A stretch of DNA of 51,784 nucleotides from Hydrurus foetidus (GCA_900617105.1 UYFQ01000728.1:1-51784); one strand, 5' to 3'; shown: positions 1-14,200, numbered from the stretch's first letter. Numbers and translations: made by a program. The notes: a model not told the origin generated them from the sequence alone.

Positions 1-1944
1 TTGGTCCATCTCTGGGAGTGCTCGAAAAACTCCCGTGCTGCCTCCTGTCCAATAATGCCTGACGCATTCACGTTGAGAAAGTAAAGTACCGTCTGAAGGG
101 CAATGGCGGATATAGGCCGGGAACCATCATCCACAGCACGGCCACCCACTACAAATGCTGTAGGGGTCGCACTGGGTGTGGCAAACTGTACCGCGGGTAC
201 GTTGATCGGTGACGCACGATCATGGATGTACCCTGGTATCGGTGGTCGTACCGGGTGCGCTGCATTGGGGACTGGACCGCCCCCTGCAGCTTGCGCGCGG
301 AACGCTGCTGTTTGCAGCTCGTAATCGATAATACGATCAGTTGCAGGCAGCACTACGATGTCTGGAGGATCCAGGGGGAGTGGGGTAGGAACCCGAATTT
401 CCCGTGGGATCTCCTGGATGACTCGTTGGGGCTGAGGGTTATAATCAGTGTCACCGGTGAACGTATGGACGGACGTAGGGCGTTCCGGTGACCCCGGTTG
501 GGAAGCTTGTCGCTTGCGTGACGCGGGACCCTCTTGAGGAGGTGACGTGCGTTTGCGAGGAGCGTCCGCTGTGCGGGATACTGTCTCCACATTTTCGGGG
601 ATGCGCGTATCGCGACTCTCGAGTAATCTAGAGTTGTCGGTAACGCGTACGGTCGCACGTGGAGTCGTACCACTCTCATTCGCACGTTTGTCCTCGTGTT
701 GGTTGTCGTTGTACTGACGATTGTCGGTATTACGATTACCCCTGTTTGAGGTATCTTGTTGGCGACGATCGTCCCCTTGATGATTTTCCCTTGGGGGACT
801 GTCATCGTAACCCTGTGAGGGTTCTCTACGACTTCTCCTGTTGGAGTTGTTATCTCCCTGACGGAAGTTGTCGTTGTTGTCGTCGCGAGAATTATCGAAA
901 TAACGAGTATTCGTCGCATAATTCCCTCGGTTTGTGTTGTCATTACGACGAGAATCCTCGTAATTACGATTATCCCTTTGGGGGTTATCGTTGTGACGTT
1001 GGAAGGTGTCTCTGCAATTATCCCTGTTAGGGTTATCGTAGTGTTGACGATTATCGTTATCGCGACGCCCGTCATTCTGACGTGGGTTGTCGTCGTTGCG
1101 ACGATTGTCGCTGTTGCGTCGATCGTCGTATTGACGTCTGTTATCGTCATTGAATTGGGTGTTGTACCCGCGACGTCCATCATTGTCACAGTTTTGACTA
1201 TCGTCATTCTGACGGTAATTGTCGTCATAACGACGACTATCGTTCTGACGTTGATTGTTGTCGTTGCGGTGATCGTCGCTATCGCGACGATTGGTGTTAC
1301 GGTGCTCCGTCCCGTATGAAGGGCCCGTATTACGGTTGTCCCTGGGGGGGTTGGAGTCATCATAGTTACGACGATTATCGTTGTAACGTTGATTGTCATC
1401 ATTAAAACGTCGATAATCGTTATTGTTTCGATTATCGTCGTTGTAATGACGTTGGTTATTATCGCTGCGTTGACGGTTATCGTAACGATTATCGTCACCA
1501 CCGTCTTCGCTACCACTCTGTTGATTTGGAGTGGGCGGATAATCGCCTGCGTCGTCTCCTTCTAAAGGATATCCTCGACGCGTCTTGGCCCTGACGACGG
1601 AGGTATCGTTGCGGGGGTGAATCTATACGGCGGCGAGGGTTCGTATCGCCGTCGTCATCATCCCGTTCAGCGTCGCTGTTAGGGCGCGTCTGTTGACGGT
1701 TTGTGTTGGCGTCTGACGAACGCAACGTGACACTGTTTTATTGTCGCGTTGTGTGCACATCAGTGTCGTCATGACGATTAGGCGGCGCCTGATTGGAACT
1801 GTTGGTAGGTCCCAGTATTGTTACTGGGAATACCATCTGTCAGTTCTATCAGACGCAGCTAACCGACGTCGCTGCCGGTACTGGCTGAGCAGTGAATTCG
1901 GCTAGCGACGGCGAGATCTCTGAAGAGTCATCTGATGAAGGCAT
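1..1944 (-). pseudogene. Degenerate retroelement-like ORF1/gag-like coding region with a long N/D/R/Q/Y-rich low-complexity domain, running off the window edge
   Basis: Hand translation gives a stop-free minus frame from 1622 to base 1 (about 540 codons: ...EGDDAGDYPPTPNQQSGSEDGGDDNRYDNRQRSDNNQRHYNDDNRNNNDYRR...SAIALQTVLYFLNVNASGIIGQEAAREFFEHSQRWT). The ORF track misses it because it has no stop in the window. Upstream pieces (ATG 1944, ATG 1836, ORF 1510-1725) are separated by an in-frame TAA at 1738-1740 and a frameshift near 1570-1620. Retroelement origin is inferred (no obvious introns, long repeat-containing leader); no RT or integrase is visible here. Confidence 0.5.
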
Positions 1945-2147
1945 CGTTAAATGACTTATTGCTTGACAATTTTAAATAGCGAGAATCGCCAAAAAAAATT
2001 GCAAGGGCTTCGCCTTGTGCCGTTTGGATGAAAATCAAACAGTCGATTAGGCGGAGCACAATAAGTCAAGAAGGTTATGGACGGATGAATGAATCAATCC
2101 GTACAAAATGAGCCGGGATTGGGAGACTTGCTCGACCAACCACGAGG

Positions 2148-2500
2148 ACGGCGTGGAAGACGAAGCTATCCACGGACGTCAGTCAAGCAAAGCTTGAAGC
2201 GAAATATGGGCAGAAGTTAACTGAGTTAACTCTGCACAAAGATATGGGATTGCTGAGATGAAACTCGAGCAACCACAAGATAGTCAAGTATTGGGAGATG
2301 AATCTCAACCCGAGTGACTAAGAGAACGGCGTGGAAGACAAAGCTATCCACGGACGTCAAACAAGCAGAGCTTGAAGTGAAATATGGGCAGAAGTTAACT
2401 GGGTTAACTCTGCACAATGGTATGGGATTGCCGAGATGAAACTCGAGCAACCACAAAGTAGTCAAGTATCGGGAGACGAATCTCAATCCGAGTGACTAGG
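2148..2500. repeat. Tandem direct repeat, 2 copies, period 178 bp, in the leader of the left-edge element
   Basis: ACGGCGTGGAAGAC..AAGCTATCCACGGACGTCA...GCAGAAGTTAACTG.GTTAACTCTGC...CCGAGTGACTA starts at 2148 and at 2326, with scattered substitutions. Confidence 0.9.
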
Positions 2501-3990
2501 TTTATGGCAACCAGACTTCGGAGACTTGCTCGCGACAGTAAGAATTGCCCGTAAACGAGAATTTCGAATTGAATTCGAGCTTCTCCACGCAGGGTAATCG
2601 GGAGAGTTAGGGCAGCAGGGTAGAGTAGAGGAGGGTAGCTTAGAGTAGGGGGAATAGAGGCTAAAGAATAGAAACTAAAGGAAGTAGATCTACTGTGACC
2701 TCGAGAGCAAGAAAGAAGGGAAATCTAAAGGCTAGAAGAAGCTGGTTAGTTAGGAAGGCAAACAGAAGGTACGCTAGTAGCTTCTGCGAAGCAGCACAAA
2801 CTAGCTAGTGACTAATAGTCGTGGCTGTGAACACGAAGATACTAATGTGGAAACAGCATCTAATCGGCTGAATGGGGTAGCAGACCCTGAGGGAGCCAAA
2901 GAGTGCCGCCGATGCAAATCGTGTCGACAACACTTTATATTTTATATCCACACATACTACCAAATCTTTGACGATGGATAGGCGTATGGGATCCCTGAAT
3001 AATTTGAAATGGCACCTTTTTCAAATGAGCTATACGTTACCACATGTATTTTCAGTCATATTCATTCTCTTTCACCTAACTTAAATTTTAAGGAGGAAGG
3101 AGTAGTGTAGCCTAGCGCGTACCTTCACCGTACACTTCATACACACTTGTATACAATTCACGTACCCATAGTCTATTTTCATCCACATCACATGTCCACC
3201 GGTAACGGACGCTCATCAGCATCAGCACCCTTGTAGTCTATCGTTTGTGTCTGTTGTTAGCTGCTTGCTCGCTTCTTTCATAAACTGTAACTTAACCAAC
3301 AGTTTACCCAGCATGCCGTCTTTACCCGGATTCTTCTTACTTGAATCCGACCGCGACTACAATTGTACCGCATGATATTTGTAACGATAACAATCATTCT
3401 TTATGGTACAATTTTGTGATTAGTTGACTATACAATTGCTCGCTATGTCTCATCAATTGTCTTGTTGAAAGCTGATAGCCAGACTACAACTCACGGAAGT
3501 AACCATATAGCAATTTTTGTCATATGGCATGAGGAAAAAGGAAAACTTCGCCCTCATAGGATAAAATTAAAAAAGAGAACCTTGCAATGAAACAATAATA
3601 AAGGAGAATCTTTTAGAGTTGCCGTAAATTGTAGCCTTAAGCTTAAATCGATCAAAAATCGAAAACGCGATTCCATCATACACGAAGAATCGAATTAATT
3701 GAAGAGTGCGTGAAAATCAGGACAATATTTTTCTTTTTGGAAAATTTTGACTCCAGAGATTGGTGCATTTTTAATCGATCGAGAGCATCGCGCGTAATCT
3801 CATTCATCGCCTTTTCGGTCCAACTGTGAATCAATTTGATCACATGAGATGGGCCTCCTACAACTCAAAATTTTCAAAAATATCCGTCTCTCGACTTCCG
3901 AAAAAAAACTGAAGATCTGGGATCAAACTGAAAAATTGAAAATAAAAAATTCGAGACCCGCAGACCCGCCCTCCTCCCCTCGCACCTATC

Positions 3991-6082
3991 ATGTGTCATG
4001 AAGCGGGAAGGTTCTTTCATTATATAAGCTCTCTTCTCATAATTCAATTCAATCAATTGTCTCGAAGTCGCGCAATCGACTTTGGGAACAGCTCCAACTT
4101 CACTTTCCGTGGGCCACCGCCGCCATTCGAAGAAACCATTCGAGTCTCTCAACTCTCAATGATCGCATCTGCTGACATTCTCATAATTCTATGCTATTCA
4201 GTCACCTGCAGTAGCTTCCAACACAGCCTTGTGGAAGGCGTGCATTTGCCATCCGATATCAGCTTCTCAGTCCTGTACTTCCCAAATTTGACAGCAGAAG
4301 CAGCTGTCATGACAGCACGATACATTGCTACCTACGCTCCCCTGATGCAGAATCTTAGCAGTATAAACAAGTCCGATCTAGTGGCCAGTGCAAATGATGA
4401 ATACACCACAAGCACGATCTGTCCAGTATTTCCTCTCGACTACCTGCACTTCGGCTACAGCCGAAATTATCTCAACGCTTTCATCATGGCATCCTTGACA
4501 TCGGGCCCAAGGATAACCTTTGAGATTGATCGCTTCGGCAAACGCGGGTCGACCTACTTCTCTCGATTCAGCGCATGCTTCACTTTCATGGCAGCAGAAG
4601 CAGCCATCTCAACCGCACGATTCTTTGCCATTCACGCTTCCGAGATAAAGACCCTCATCGGTATGAACAAGTCTGATGCAGTAACCGGACAAAACGTCGA
4701 TGAATTTGTGACTGCTGGATACGCCAAAACCGCGTTCAGTCCAGCATTTCCTCAGGACTGCATGCACTTCGGCTATGGCAAAAACAATAACAACCTTCCG
4801 GACACGTTCAAAACCAACCCTTTCTTCATGGCTTCCTTGAGATCGGGCCCAGGCATGACCTTTGAGATCGATCCCTTCGGCAAACGAGGATCGACATACT
4901 TCTCACGATTCATCGCATGTCTTGATCCCACGGTGCTTCGCGTGAGTGCCACATTCGATTATTCCATGACGATAGTAATTGACCTCAAAGTTTTCAACTC
5001 ATCGGATTCCAATAATGAGATGACTGGCTTTACTAAAGAGACCGCTGCCACTCTCCTTCTCCATCAATCCTCCTTCTACGCCCAAAATATTCACACACTC
5101 ATTCATGTAAGCAATTAGAGGCGCCCTTGCCACGCGGTCATATATTTACTTAATTGCCCCGAAAATTCCTAAACTGATGTTCCTAATCTGATGAAATTAC
5201 CTTCGCCATTCTTTATAGGTGTTCCACGATATCATGGGCTCAGCTATGGTCAATGCGACCGTGAATACATCACTTCACTCCTGGTCGACATCAAACATGT
5301 TTAAACGACAATTCGAACATGAGCAACACGAGGATATGAATTTCGATCAAGTGAAGTTCTTCAGAGAAACCACCCCGTTTCTAACTGGCTACAACACTCA
5401 AAATGCGACTCAACTTCTGGCGCTCAAGAAAGCGATGCTTCATGAATGGGCAACATACAAAACAGCGGATCAATTCGTCAGAAGGTTCCTGCTCGCTAAC
5501 GTCTCGCCGTATTCCTTTGGTATTATTGGTGAGATGTTTTTCAAACAGGCTGCCTTGATACCGTCCCACACATCTGCAATGGAAAAACAATACAAAAAGG
5601 ACCCCATGTACACAACAATCAACAACAATCTCAAGGCACTACTCCAACTCACTGGCGACAGCGTGTCTTCCATCGACAACATGACGTCTTGGCTGGCTAT
5701 GATGTCTATCACTCGTGTTCTGCACGGCTACACATTCAGCATGACCAGATTCTCGATGAAACACACTTTCTTACCCATCAACGCTTCTGAGTTTGAAAAG
5801 TTCACGACTCGTGACGCCACTCCAATGCGCGTCACACCAGGGACTGTTCTGGGCATTAATGAAGACCTTTACGTCTCCCCGTATTCTCCCCCTGTAACCA
5901 ACCCTTTCGACATCAATCGAGTTCAACTATCCTATGACTCAAAGATTGCGGCACTGAGAAATTACTACCAGAAGAGTGTCATAAAGGGCACCTCTGTTTT
6001 TAAGATCTTCGCATGGGCTCTATCCGACCACGGCCCGAACATCCTTAGCGGAAAACATCTTACCCTCATCGCCTACTCTTAG
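3991..6082 (+). CDS. Hypothetical protein with an internal ~100-aa duplication; two ORFs joined by a phase-0 intron (5107-5218); start uncertain
   Basis: A GTAAGC donor at 5107 and TTTATAG acceptor at 5218 join ...NIHTLIH to VFHDIMG... in frame. The unit AEAA..TAR...NKSD...FP.D..HFGY...MASL.SGP..TFEID.FGKRGSTYFSRF.AC occurs twice. Confidence 0.6.
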
Positions 6083-8239
6083 AGAGCACTTCCCTTTTAA
6101 AGCTTCCTGTCGGTCCTTCATTTCAGATGGTTTCATGCTGAATTGAATCGCGGCACCACTGTACTTCATTCCACAGAATTCAACAAACATAGTAGATAAT
6201 TAGTAAAGGATCTTGAAGAGATATGGTTATCCTTGCACTATAAACCACCGCAGCCTTTAAAAGCTTGCGCAATATGAGTATACTTTACATTGCATTATAT
6301 GGTGTATTTATGAAATTGCATTATATACTGCAGAATACATTGTAGAATCCGGAATTAGTTAAATTAGAGTCTCCCCCAACTGCGTTTTTGAAAATGAGTG
6401 CTTAGCTCTATTGCAATTTATTACTGTGCAACTCTTTACATAATATCTAATTACAGTATAAAAAATTCCCCAAATTACTTTTGATTATAGGAACGCATTG
6501 CTTATGAAGCAAAAATAAGAAATGAAATTGCAAGAAAGTTGCGTAGGAATACGATTGCTTGTATCAACATTATTTCGTGTACGTGTGTTTGAAAGTAGTT
6601 TGTATTGAGTAGTAATATGCATCGTATGCCTAAAAGTTTAAAAGTATTCTGATGATTTATCTAAGAGGAGTTCTTGTTCGACATAGCTGACGGAAATTAT
6701 CCTTTGACTTTAGTCCGCAAAAAGAAAAGCAACGTGTGACTCGCAGCTGGACAGTCACTGTTCTGCAGGGGAAAATGGTATGTCCTCCAGTTGAGAGAAC
6801 GCACAGACTCGATGCTAAAAATGACTCAGTATTCGCATATAATCTGTCCATGGCAATCAGATGTATGGACCCGACCTTTGAGTTTGGTTAAAGATACCAG
6901 GACAGCACTCCGAATCACGTGACCACGAAAAGATTATAGAATAAAGTCAACACAAAGTATGCGTGAATTGTACGCAGAGACGATGATATCCGAGGTGTAT
7001 GATATCCAAAGTGGAAGCGTACGGTATAAGTAGAAGGCATGAAAGTTCCCAATAAAGTAGCGTGATGTGCGTCACGGTGTATGTATAGAAAATACCGATG
7101 ACGATGCTGTGTGGATATACAGAAAGCCAGAGGTAGAATGTTAGTATTTCCACGCTCATTGTTATCGCATCGTATTTAAGTGGTATCATTGGGGGCTGTT
7201 CCTCAGGGAAACAGGCTTCTTACTCTCATTCATGTTGGCCATGGAGAAAGATCATAGAGGGACCCCAATAACGAGACGATCAATTATAACCTTAAGTAAT
7301 ATCCTCGGCCGGCTGACTGTAGCGTTGTCGTCATCAGTCAGCACGGCCAGATTCTCGATGCAGTTTCATATCTCTCGAAGTCTGTCCCGTCCCCAACTCG
7401 TGACATGCGCGTTGTATCGGGGACTGTTCTCACCGCATATGGAGACCTACACATCAATGCGTAACGCATTACTGCAACCAATAAACGTCTCATCGATTGA
7501 ATCCATTAAAATCTTGTGAATCAAAATCCGCGGCATTAAAGGATAATTACAAGAGAAGTGACAGCTCTCTCTCTCTTTTTCTGCCCCCAGTCAGCACTCT
7601 CTATATGATCGCATCTCTTCCAACGTCCACATTTTCCAGATGAGTTCACGTACTAGAACTCCCGAGAGCTGACTCAAAGTAAGAGAAATGATGAAGATAT
7701 AGCATCACCGCAACAGCACTGGATTTAAGTGAATTCAAAAAGATTTGAATCGCAGCTTTTAAAATACAGCGTACTGTTGCGCTCCAGCTTCCATTTGAAA
7801 CCGCAACAGCATTTCACATTTGGAATCTCTCAGATTTGCACTGTAGTGTCGAATGTATTTAGTTGATACTCCCCCCAACTCTCGACTCTCATCACAAATT
7901 TTTGGCTATTTATTTTGAAAATACCGGTAGAAATTTGAATTTCAATTTCTTCACGTCTTCCGTCTTCCAGTTGAGTTGTGTTGAGTTGAGTTCGAGTCGA
8001 GTTAAGCTGTCATACAGGACAGTAATAGGCGAAGAGTGACTTGGAGTTTGCAAATCATAGCCCCTTGTATGGACTCAAGATCACAACTTGCAGTTGCGGA
8101 TGCATTTGAGCGCAAATTATCCACTCGGATCGACTCGATATCTGCATAACCTCAGCATTGTCTGACATATGAACCTCGCTGGTTCTTCTGAGGGGACTAG
8201 GACAGCACTCTGAGTCACTTAAACAAGGAAGCATCGGAT

Positions 8240-11200
8240 ATGGCGAATTGTGCGGTCGATGCAGGCCAAGCGAGAGAGCAAATTTTACTGGAGATTGTCC
8301 AAATAAAACTGTCCAGTTTTGTCAACATCAGTAAAGCTGATCGGAAACTCCTTATTGGCTACGTCGAGGCGCGATACGCTCCAAAGAAAAAGCACCGCAC
8401 TAAAGAAAGCAAATTATATGGAGGTGCGACGCATCGAGGACGATTTATAATGTTTCAGTGAACACTTCGTGAAGTGTCATTGATAATTTATGCCGCAAGC
8501 AAACGTCTGCTCATGCAGCTTCTACCGGTTTCTGATCCTCTTTTGTATTGTTATTCAGGCACGAAATTTGGCATTCCTCTTGACGGATCTCTGTCAGGCG
8601 TGACCCTTTTTGTTTTCATCATGGATAATCACCCTGGCCTGACAATCGATATTGGTCGTAGTGCGATCAATCTACCCGACGGATTAGATTTAAGTTCCCT
8701 CGATTCAACACCAATAGACTGCTCTGCAATCATGACCAAGTTTAAAGGCAAAGAAAAAGTGGGAAGAGTATCTTACAGGATAAGTAGAATTTCACTTTTC
8801 ACAGATGGGAATAATAAGGACAGCTTCAATGATAGCAAAACTGTGCCCGAAGCAGAAGACATTAATGTCCTATGTCCTCTCCCTGACTTTCGATTTAACC
8901 GACTTGCAAAGCCAATTCATTGGGAGCGCCTGAAAGGACTCAATCTCGATAGGTACGAAATGAGATGCGAGAAACATTTAGATGTGCATGGGGGAGGAAG
9001 CCCTGAACTCTTGATTCCAAAGTCAAATGCAACGCTTGATCAATAACACCAATTCATTTTCTACAACAGAATAGTGCATGGAGTGGATCTCACCACCCTG
9101 ATGACTGTAGTGGATGACGTGGCGCTAGGGGACGTTTCTCAAGAAGGTGCGCACTAGTCATAGGATAGTAACATTCTACTACACTGTACTGTGATGCTGG
9201 GGCGAATTCGAAACTCACTATACCTTTATTTGTATCTGTATTCTCTATTATTGTTTGGAAAGTATTGTATTCGTTGTTATGAAGTAGAAACTTACTCAGT
9301 CGTTTAGCTAATCATTCTGACGTACTTCTGGTGACATGGTTTCGTGTTTGTGACTTGGTAGCCACCTCTGAGTCCGTCAGTGGATGAGATGGCAAATCAG
9401 TCTCCCACGCTATCGACATGATGACACGATACACGGGCAGAGAGATAATTGCGCCGATAGATAGATGTGATTAGACAGATACACAGATGCACACACTCAC
9501 ATACGCACTCTGATAGCTACGATTTAACAAATCAATTAGACGGATACTGACTGTTGCACCACAGCGGCAAGAGTGTCACTGCTAGATATTATCCGCATTT
9601 CAATTTGACAAGCGCTATTCTGCATATATCTACTGTTTTTCCTCTATTTCTGATGCCGAGAAAAAGATCTCAGTCCTTATGCAATTACCTCTACCCTATT
9701 TGATAAATCTTTGGCCTTGTGCCGTGATGTAATGCGACAGATGTTGACCATAAGCTACTGAAGACTCTGCAAATCAGTCAGTACTCAGTGCAGTACCTAC
9801 TGAGCTGTCAAAAAGCTATGAAGAAAAATAAATCGATTATCAATGACACTCTAAGAGTGTTTGATGACGAAGAAGCCATGCTGGATCTTCGACTGGCCCG
9901 CATGAGGTGTGCGGATCGTGGATTTTTATTTCGGAATTTTTTTCTTCGCCCCTTGTCCCTGCACTTGACTCTTTGTATGGCATAAATCGAATTTATAGCT
10001 CATCTTGCATCAGTCGTTGCATGTACCTCCCGCAGTCCCGTTCATAACTGCCACCCAGTCTGATCACTTTGCCCTCTAACCCGTCATATCTATTCACCCC
10101 TACTTTAGAACGCGTTCGAAAGCACTCAAGAGAGAGAGCGCTTCTTTAGACATGTTACACTCTGAATACTCAGAGCTTCTGTTGACTATCGATCCGATAC
10201 TGATGAAGGCTTACAAGAAATCTCTACACGCTGACTCGAGTAGCAAGAAAAGATTTCTTAACGATTTCACTACTGGGGTTGATGGTATTGCTCACACAGA
10301 TTTGAAGTCAAAAAGTTCTGTTCGATCTCAGAGCGGATTGAAAACAGTCGCCATTTCCGTAGAAGATGACATTTACGGAAATGGTGAACATGGATCTGAA
10401 AGGAAATCCTCATCTATAATTCCTGTTCAGAATTCATTGGACACATGGGCCACACACAACAGCAATGAGAGAAGTCAAGCTGACTCCTCGAATGTTAGAG
10501 GTGACAGCTACTCACCCTGCCTGTCCTGATGTGTTCTCTCCCTCAATGGGTGGCACCCTGTGTTGTTCCTACTTTCAGCAGTGAAATGAAACCATACCGA
10601 TCAACATACCGACACTGAATGCACTTCTCGACAGCGTCAAATGTTCCAACTGGCAAAATGAGATTATCCAACTAACTCATCGATCTCTATCAACCATATG
10701 TCACCGCACCTCTTCAGAAAATAAAAATAAATGGGCCGGAAACGGTACCTGGGAATCTGGGTCCACGGTCCCGACAGGACAGAGACTCCGGAAACGTTCC
10801 GAAGAAGATTCTGATTCTGTAGAAGATTCCGAAGAAGGTCCTAAGTCCCCTAGCTCACGAGTGAGAGTCGCTGCAGGTGCAGGTGCAAGTATAAGTGCTG
10901 AGGTGAAGGAGGGCGCAGACAGGTGAATCAGCTCATAGAAGATTGCGCATGTCATAACTGGTCTGTGGTGTGCTGTGCTGTAGAGAGTATCACAAACACG
11001 CTTATCTTGTTCTGTATGCCTTTATCCACATTGCTTTACATCGCATCTGATCTCCACACTGCTGTGTTTTCACATGGTCAGAATGCCATTGGAGAAAGGC
11101 CCGTCTGATAAAGATGTGGACAGGGAGAAGGGGAAGGATCGTATGTCAACAACGCTAGACAAGCCCAGAGTGACTTTTGATTCTAGTAGCAATTTCTCAA

Positions 11201-14200
11201 AATCAGAATTCGATTCAAAGCCAGTGCAGTCCAACAAGCATGCCAATGATGATGATGATGATGACGATGAAGTGTACAGGGACAGTCTGAATATATCACC
11301 GAGGAGAAGTCGAGGGGAATGGGGAGATATCGATAAGAAGAATGATAGAAAGAAGAATAATAGAAAGCAGAGTATGAGCGACAAATATGATGATGATGAT
11401 GATGATAATGGTGCGGATACCAATCGCATTGATAACGATTTTAAACGAAGTTCGGCATGGTCAACAATGGAAACGCAGCTCAGGTATGTGATCAACGCTT
11501 TCATTATATTAGATGGTGAACAATTGATTTTAATGTTAAAATATTTTTTTGTAGTGCAATGTCAGCGGATTCTCTGGGATTTACAGCCCTGAAGAGTCCT
11601 ACACTAGACCAGAACACAACAGTGGATATGAGCCAGAACGCAATGAAAAAGAAGGTTTTACAGGATCCTGAGATTTCGGTATCACCAGATTCAAGATCCA
11701 GTCCAAAACCGTATAATGATAACACCGATATTGACGGAATTGACGACATGGAGATAATCAGTCTGGATGGTCCATCTAATATCCCTATGAAGAGGGTGGA
11801 GAGATCTTCACTGAAGCCATTGAGAATAGATGTGGATGAGTCTGGTGCTAATTACAGTGCAGTATTTCCAGAGTTCACACCTGTAGCAGCGGTGGTAACG
11901 ACTAAGTGGAGAGAAAACGATATCGGAGAAGTCATCTTGAAGAGCAGGCAGTACGACTCTGACAGCTCACGTAACAGCCCCGCAAGTTCTCGCTCTGCTT
12001 CTCCTTCTCCATCCGGCCAGGTGCACACCATACCCCAGTCAAATGCAAATGCAAATAATGATGATAACAATGATAATCCCTCTAGGGGCTTTAGTCCTCA
12101 AAGCGAAAGTGACTCAGATATTTCCCCCCTAGTGGAGAAAGGGAGAAACAGAACATCACGATCATCCTATGACGTACGAGACGTACGTGATGTACGTGAC
12201 GATTTAGTAGCAGACTCATGGGCAGCAGGAAAAGAAACCAACAAGTTCAATGCCTTCTTTAGAAGTACCAGTGGAGGCATAGCTATGACTACAGAACAAG
12301 CAAAAGAAAATCAGACTGATAATCGAAAAGCAAGAGATAGTAACCAGTCGGAGGGTGAAGATGCTACCACTTCAGATATACATAAATCGGCTAGTATCAA
12401 AAAATCTGCATACGCCGACTTCATCAAGAACAGCGGTAAAGGAAATGTAGCAGAGAAAATGAGTGAAGAAGGCGCTTTCCCTCTCATCAACAAACTGCAA
12501 GTGGAACTTCGACCAAGTTCCGCTGAGATTCCACGCACAAGTTCTGGTTCTCGATCCCTTTCGATGGATGCCCTGGGAGAATACAAAAATTCCAGAATGA
12601 GTCTAGGGTCCAATCAGGGTCGATTGAATGAGGGAGAAAAAGAGGTAGTGAAGAGGAGGATGTCACAAATGCAGGAGCATGAAGATGCGTTTGAACGACC
12701 ATCTCGCAGCTCTCTCTCAAGCACATTCCCCATTCCCTTCAGAGATGGACAAAAGCAACAATTAGAGCAGATCAGACTCAGCGGTAGTAACGGCAGCACA
12801 TTTAACAGTGACGATGGTAACCTGTACCTTGACGATGAAAATGAGAATGAGGGGGAGGAGGAGGGTGATGTTATCGACACAAGTACAAGTGTGACTCTGG
12901 ATTTCTTCGCTATTGGTAAATCACCATCCCTCACTGACAAATCTAAAGGTGATCAGACAGGGAACAAGAAGGGGAACACTGTAGCCTTCATGCCTGCAGA
13001 GGAACCGACAAATAGAACACTATCGCCATCTGGTGATGGTAGGGGTGGGGAGGGAAAGGTTAGGGGACCAGGCGATGCCCTAGGTGGCACTGAACGACTG
13101 GAAGCCAAGAGAGCAGGAGCCTCGAAAGACCTCCACTTCACCATGCGGGACGGCGATGAGAGGAGTGGCAGCAGGGCGGATCAAGGGTCCTCCAATCGAC
13201 CCGACTCTAATGAAGAGCAGGATGACGATGTTCTGTACGGGACTATACGGTTTGGGGGGACTAGATCCGGCCAAGAAGATGGTGACAAAATGGTGAAATC
13301 ATCCTTAAAAGCGTCGGACGCGAAGCGCAACTTGAACTCCAGCACTCCATTCAGCACATTGTCACCTGCCAATTGGCAACGCCAATCCAGTGAAGTAAAA
13401 GTTAATGAGAGTAACTCCAACTCGTCGAACGGATCTAACTTCGGCACTGGGAGGCAGTTGGACGAGAACTTGGACTCATCATTCCAGCCATCAGAGTCCG
13501 CGAACTCTCTGAATTTCAATTTGTCCCAGTCCACTGTCCTTTGTGACATCGATAAACTCAACATCTTCATTGACAACAAACAGAAAAAACGCGAGGACAG
13601 TACTAAAACTGAAGATAACGATTTAGATGAAGATGGAGGGGAAGGGGAAGACTCAGGGCAGATGGATCAGCATACAGACGACACAGAGTCCCCTTCTCTC
13701 AATGACGAATTGTCAGGACTAGAGTGGCGAGCTGGTCGCGCCCCAACGGAACTGATCGAAACCGGGAGGGCTTTCGATGTGTTTGTCAGTGCGCTCAAAC
13801 TGCATGATGAGTCATTTCTATCGGTATGCACTATGCAATATCATATGACATACACGCTACACTGGACCTTCTCTTACTGGAAAGTCATCTCAATGTTTAA
13901 CGTACGTACATGTGTTTTTTACTAGGTCCGACTTCAACTGGAATTTCTTGGTCTTAGGTCCGCTCTGTCTCCCATGATTCCCCACACGGCAATCACTTCA
14001 GTACAACCGGTTAATTTCTCTTCACGTAAGTTTGACACGATTTTTGATGAATGATATCATCCGTTTGAGCGATGTGTGAGAAGTGTGTATCAACAGAAGG
14101 GGGAACAGTCGTGACACTTTTCGATATTTCATTTCTTTGCGTCTCATTTTCATGCTGTATATCTGCTAATCGTGACTGCTGTGTACCGTTTATCATGTCT

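Noticed and set aside
353..1516. 387-aa T/I/V-rich ORF and overlapping + strand ORFs
   Set aside because: Shadow frames of the N/D/R-rich repeat. The longer frame continuing to the window edge is more plausible.
2148..2500. CRISPR-like array or tRNA/rRNA genes
   Set aside because: The repeat has two long units with no unique spacers, the context is eukaryotic, and no cloverleaf or rRNA signature was seen in the window.
2945..3400. TGGTAGTATG on the minus strand as a tRNA PBS, with an LTR to its right
   Set aside because: No CA within 0-3 nt, no definable LTR ends and no second copy in the window. Possible but unsupported here.
6650..7520. Short ORFs and a stop-interrupted minus frame
   Set aside because: No recognisable motif or consistent splice model.
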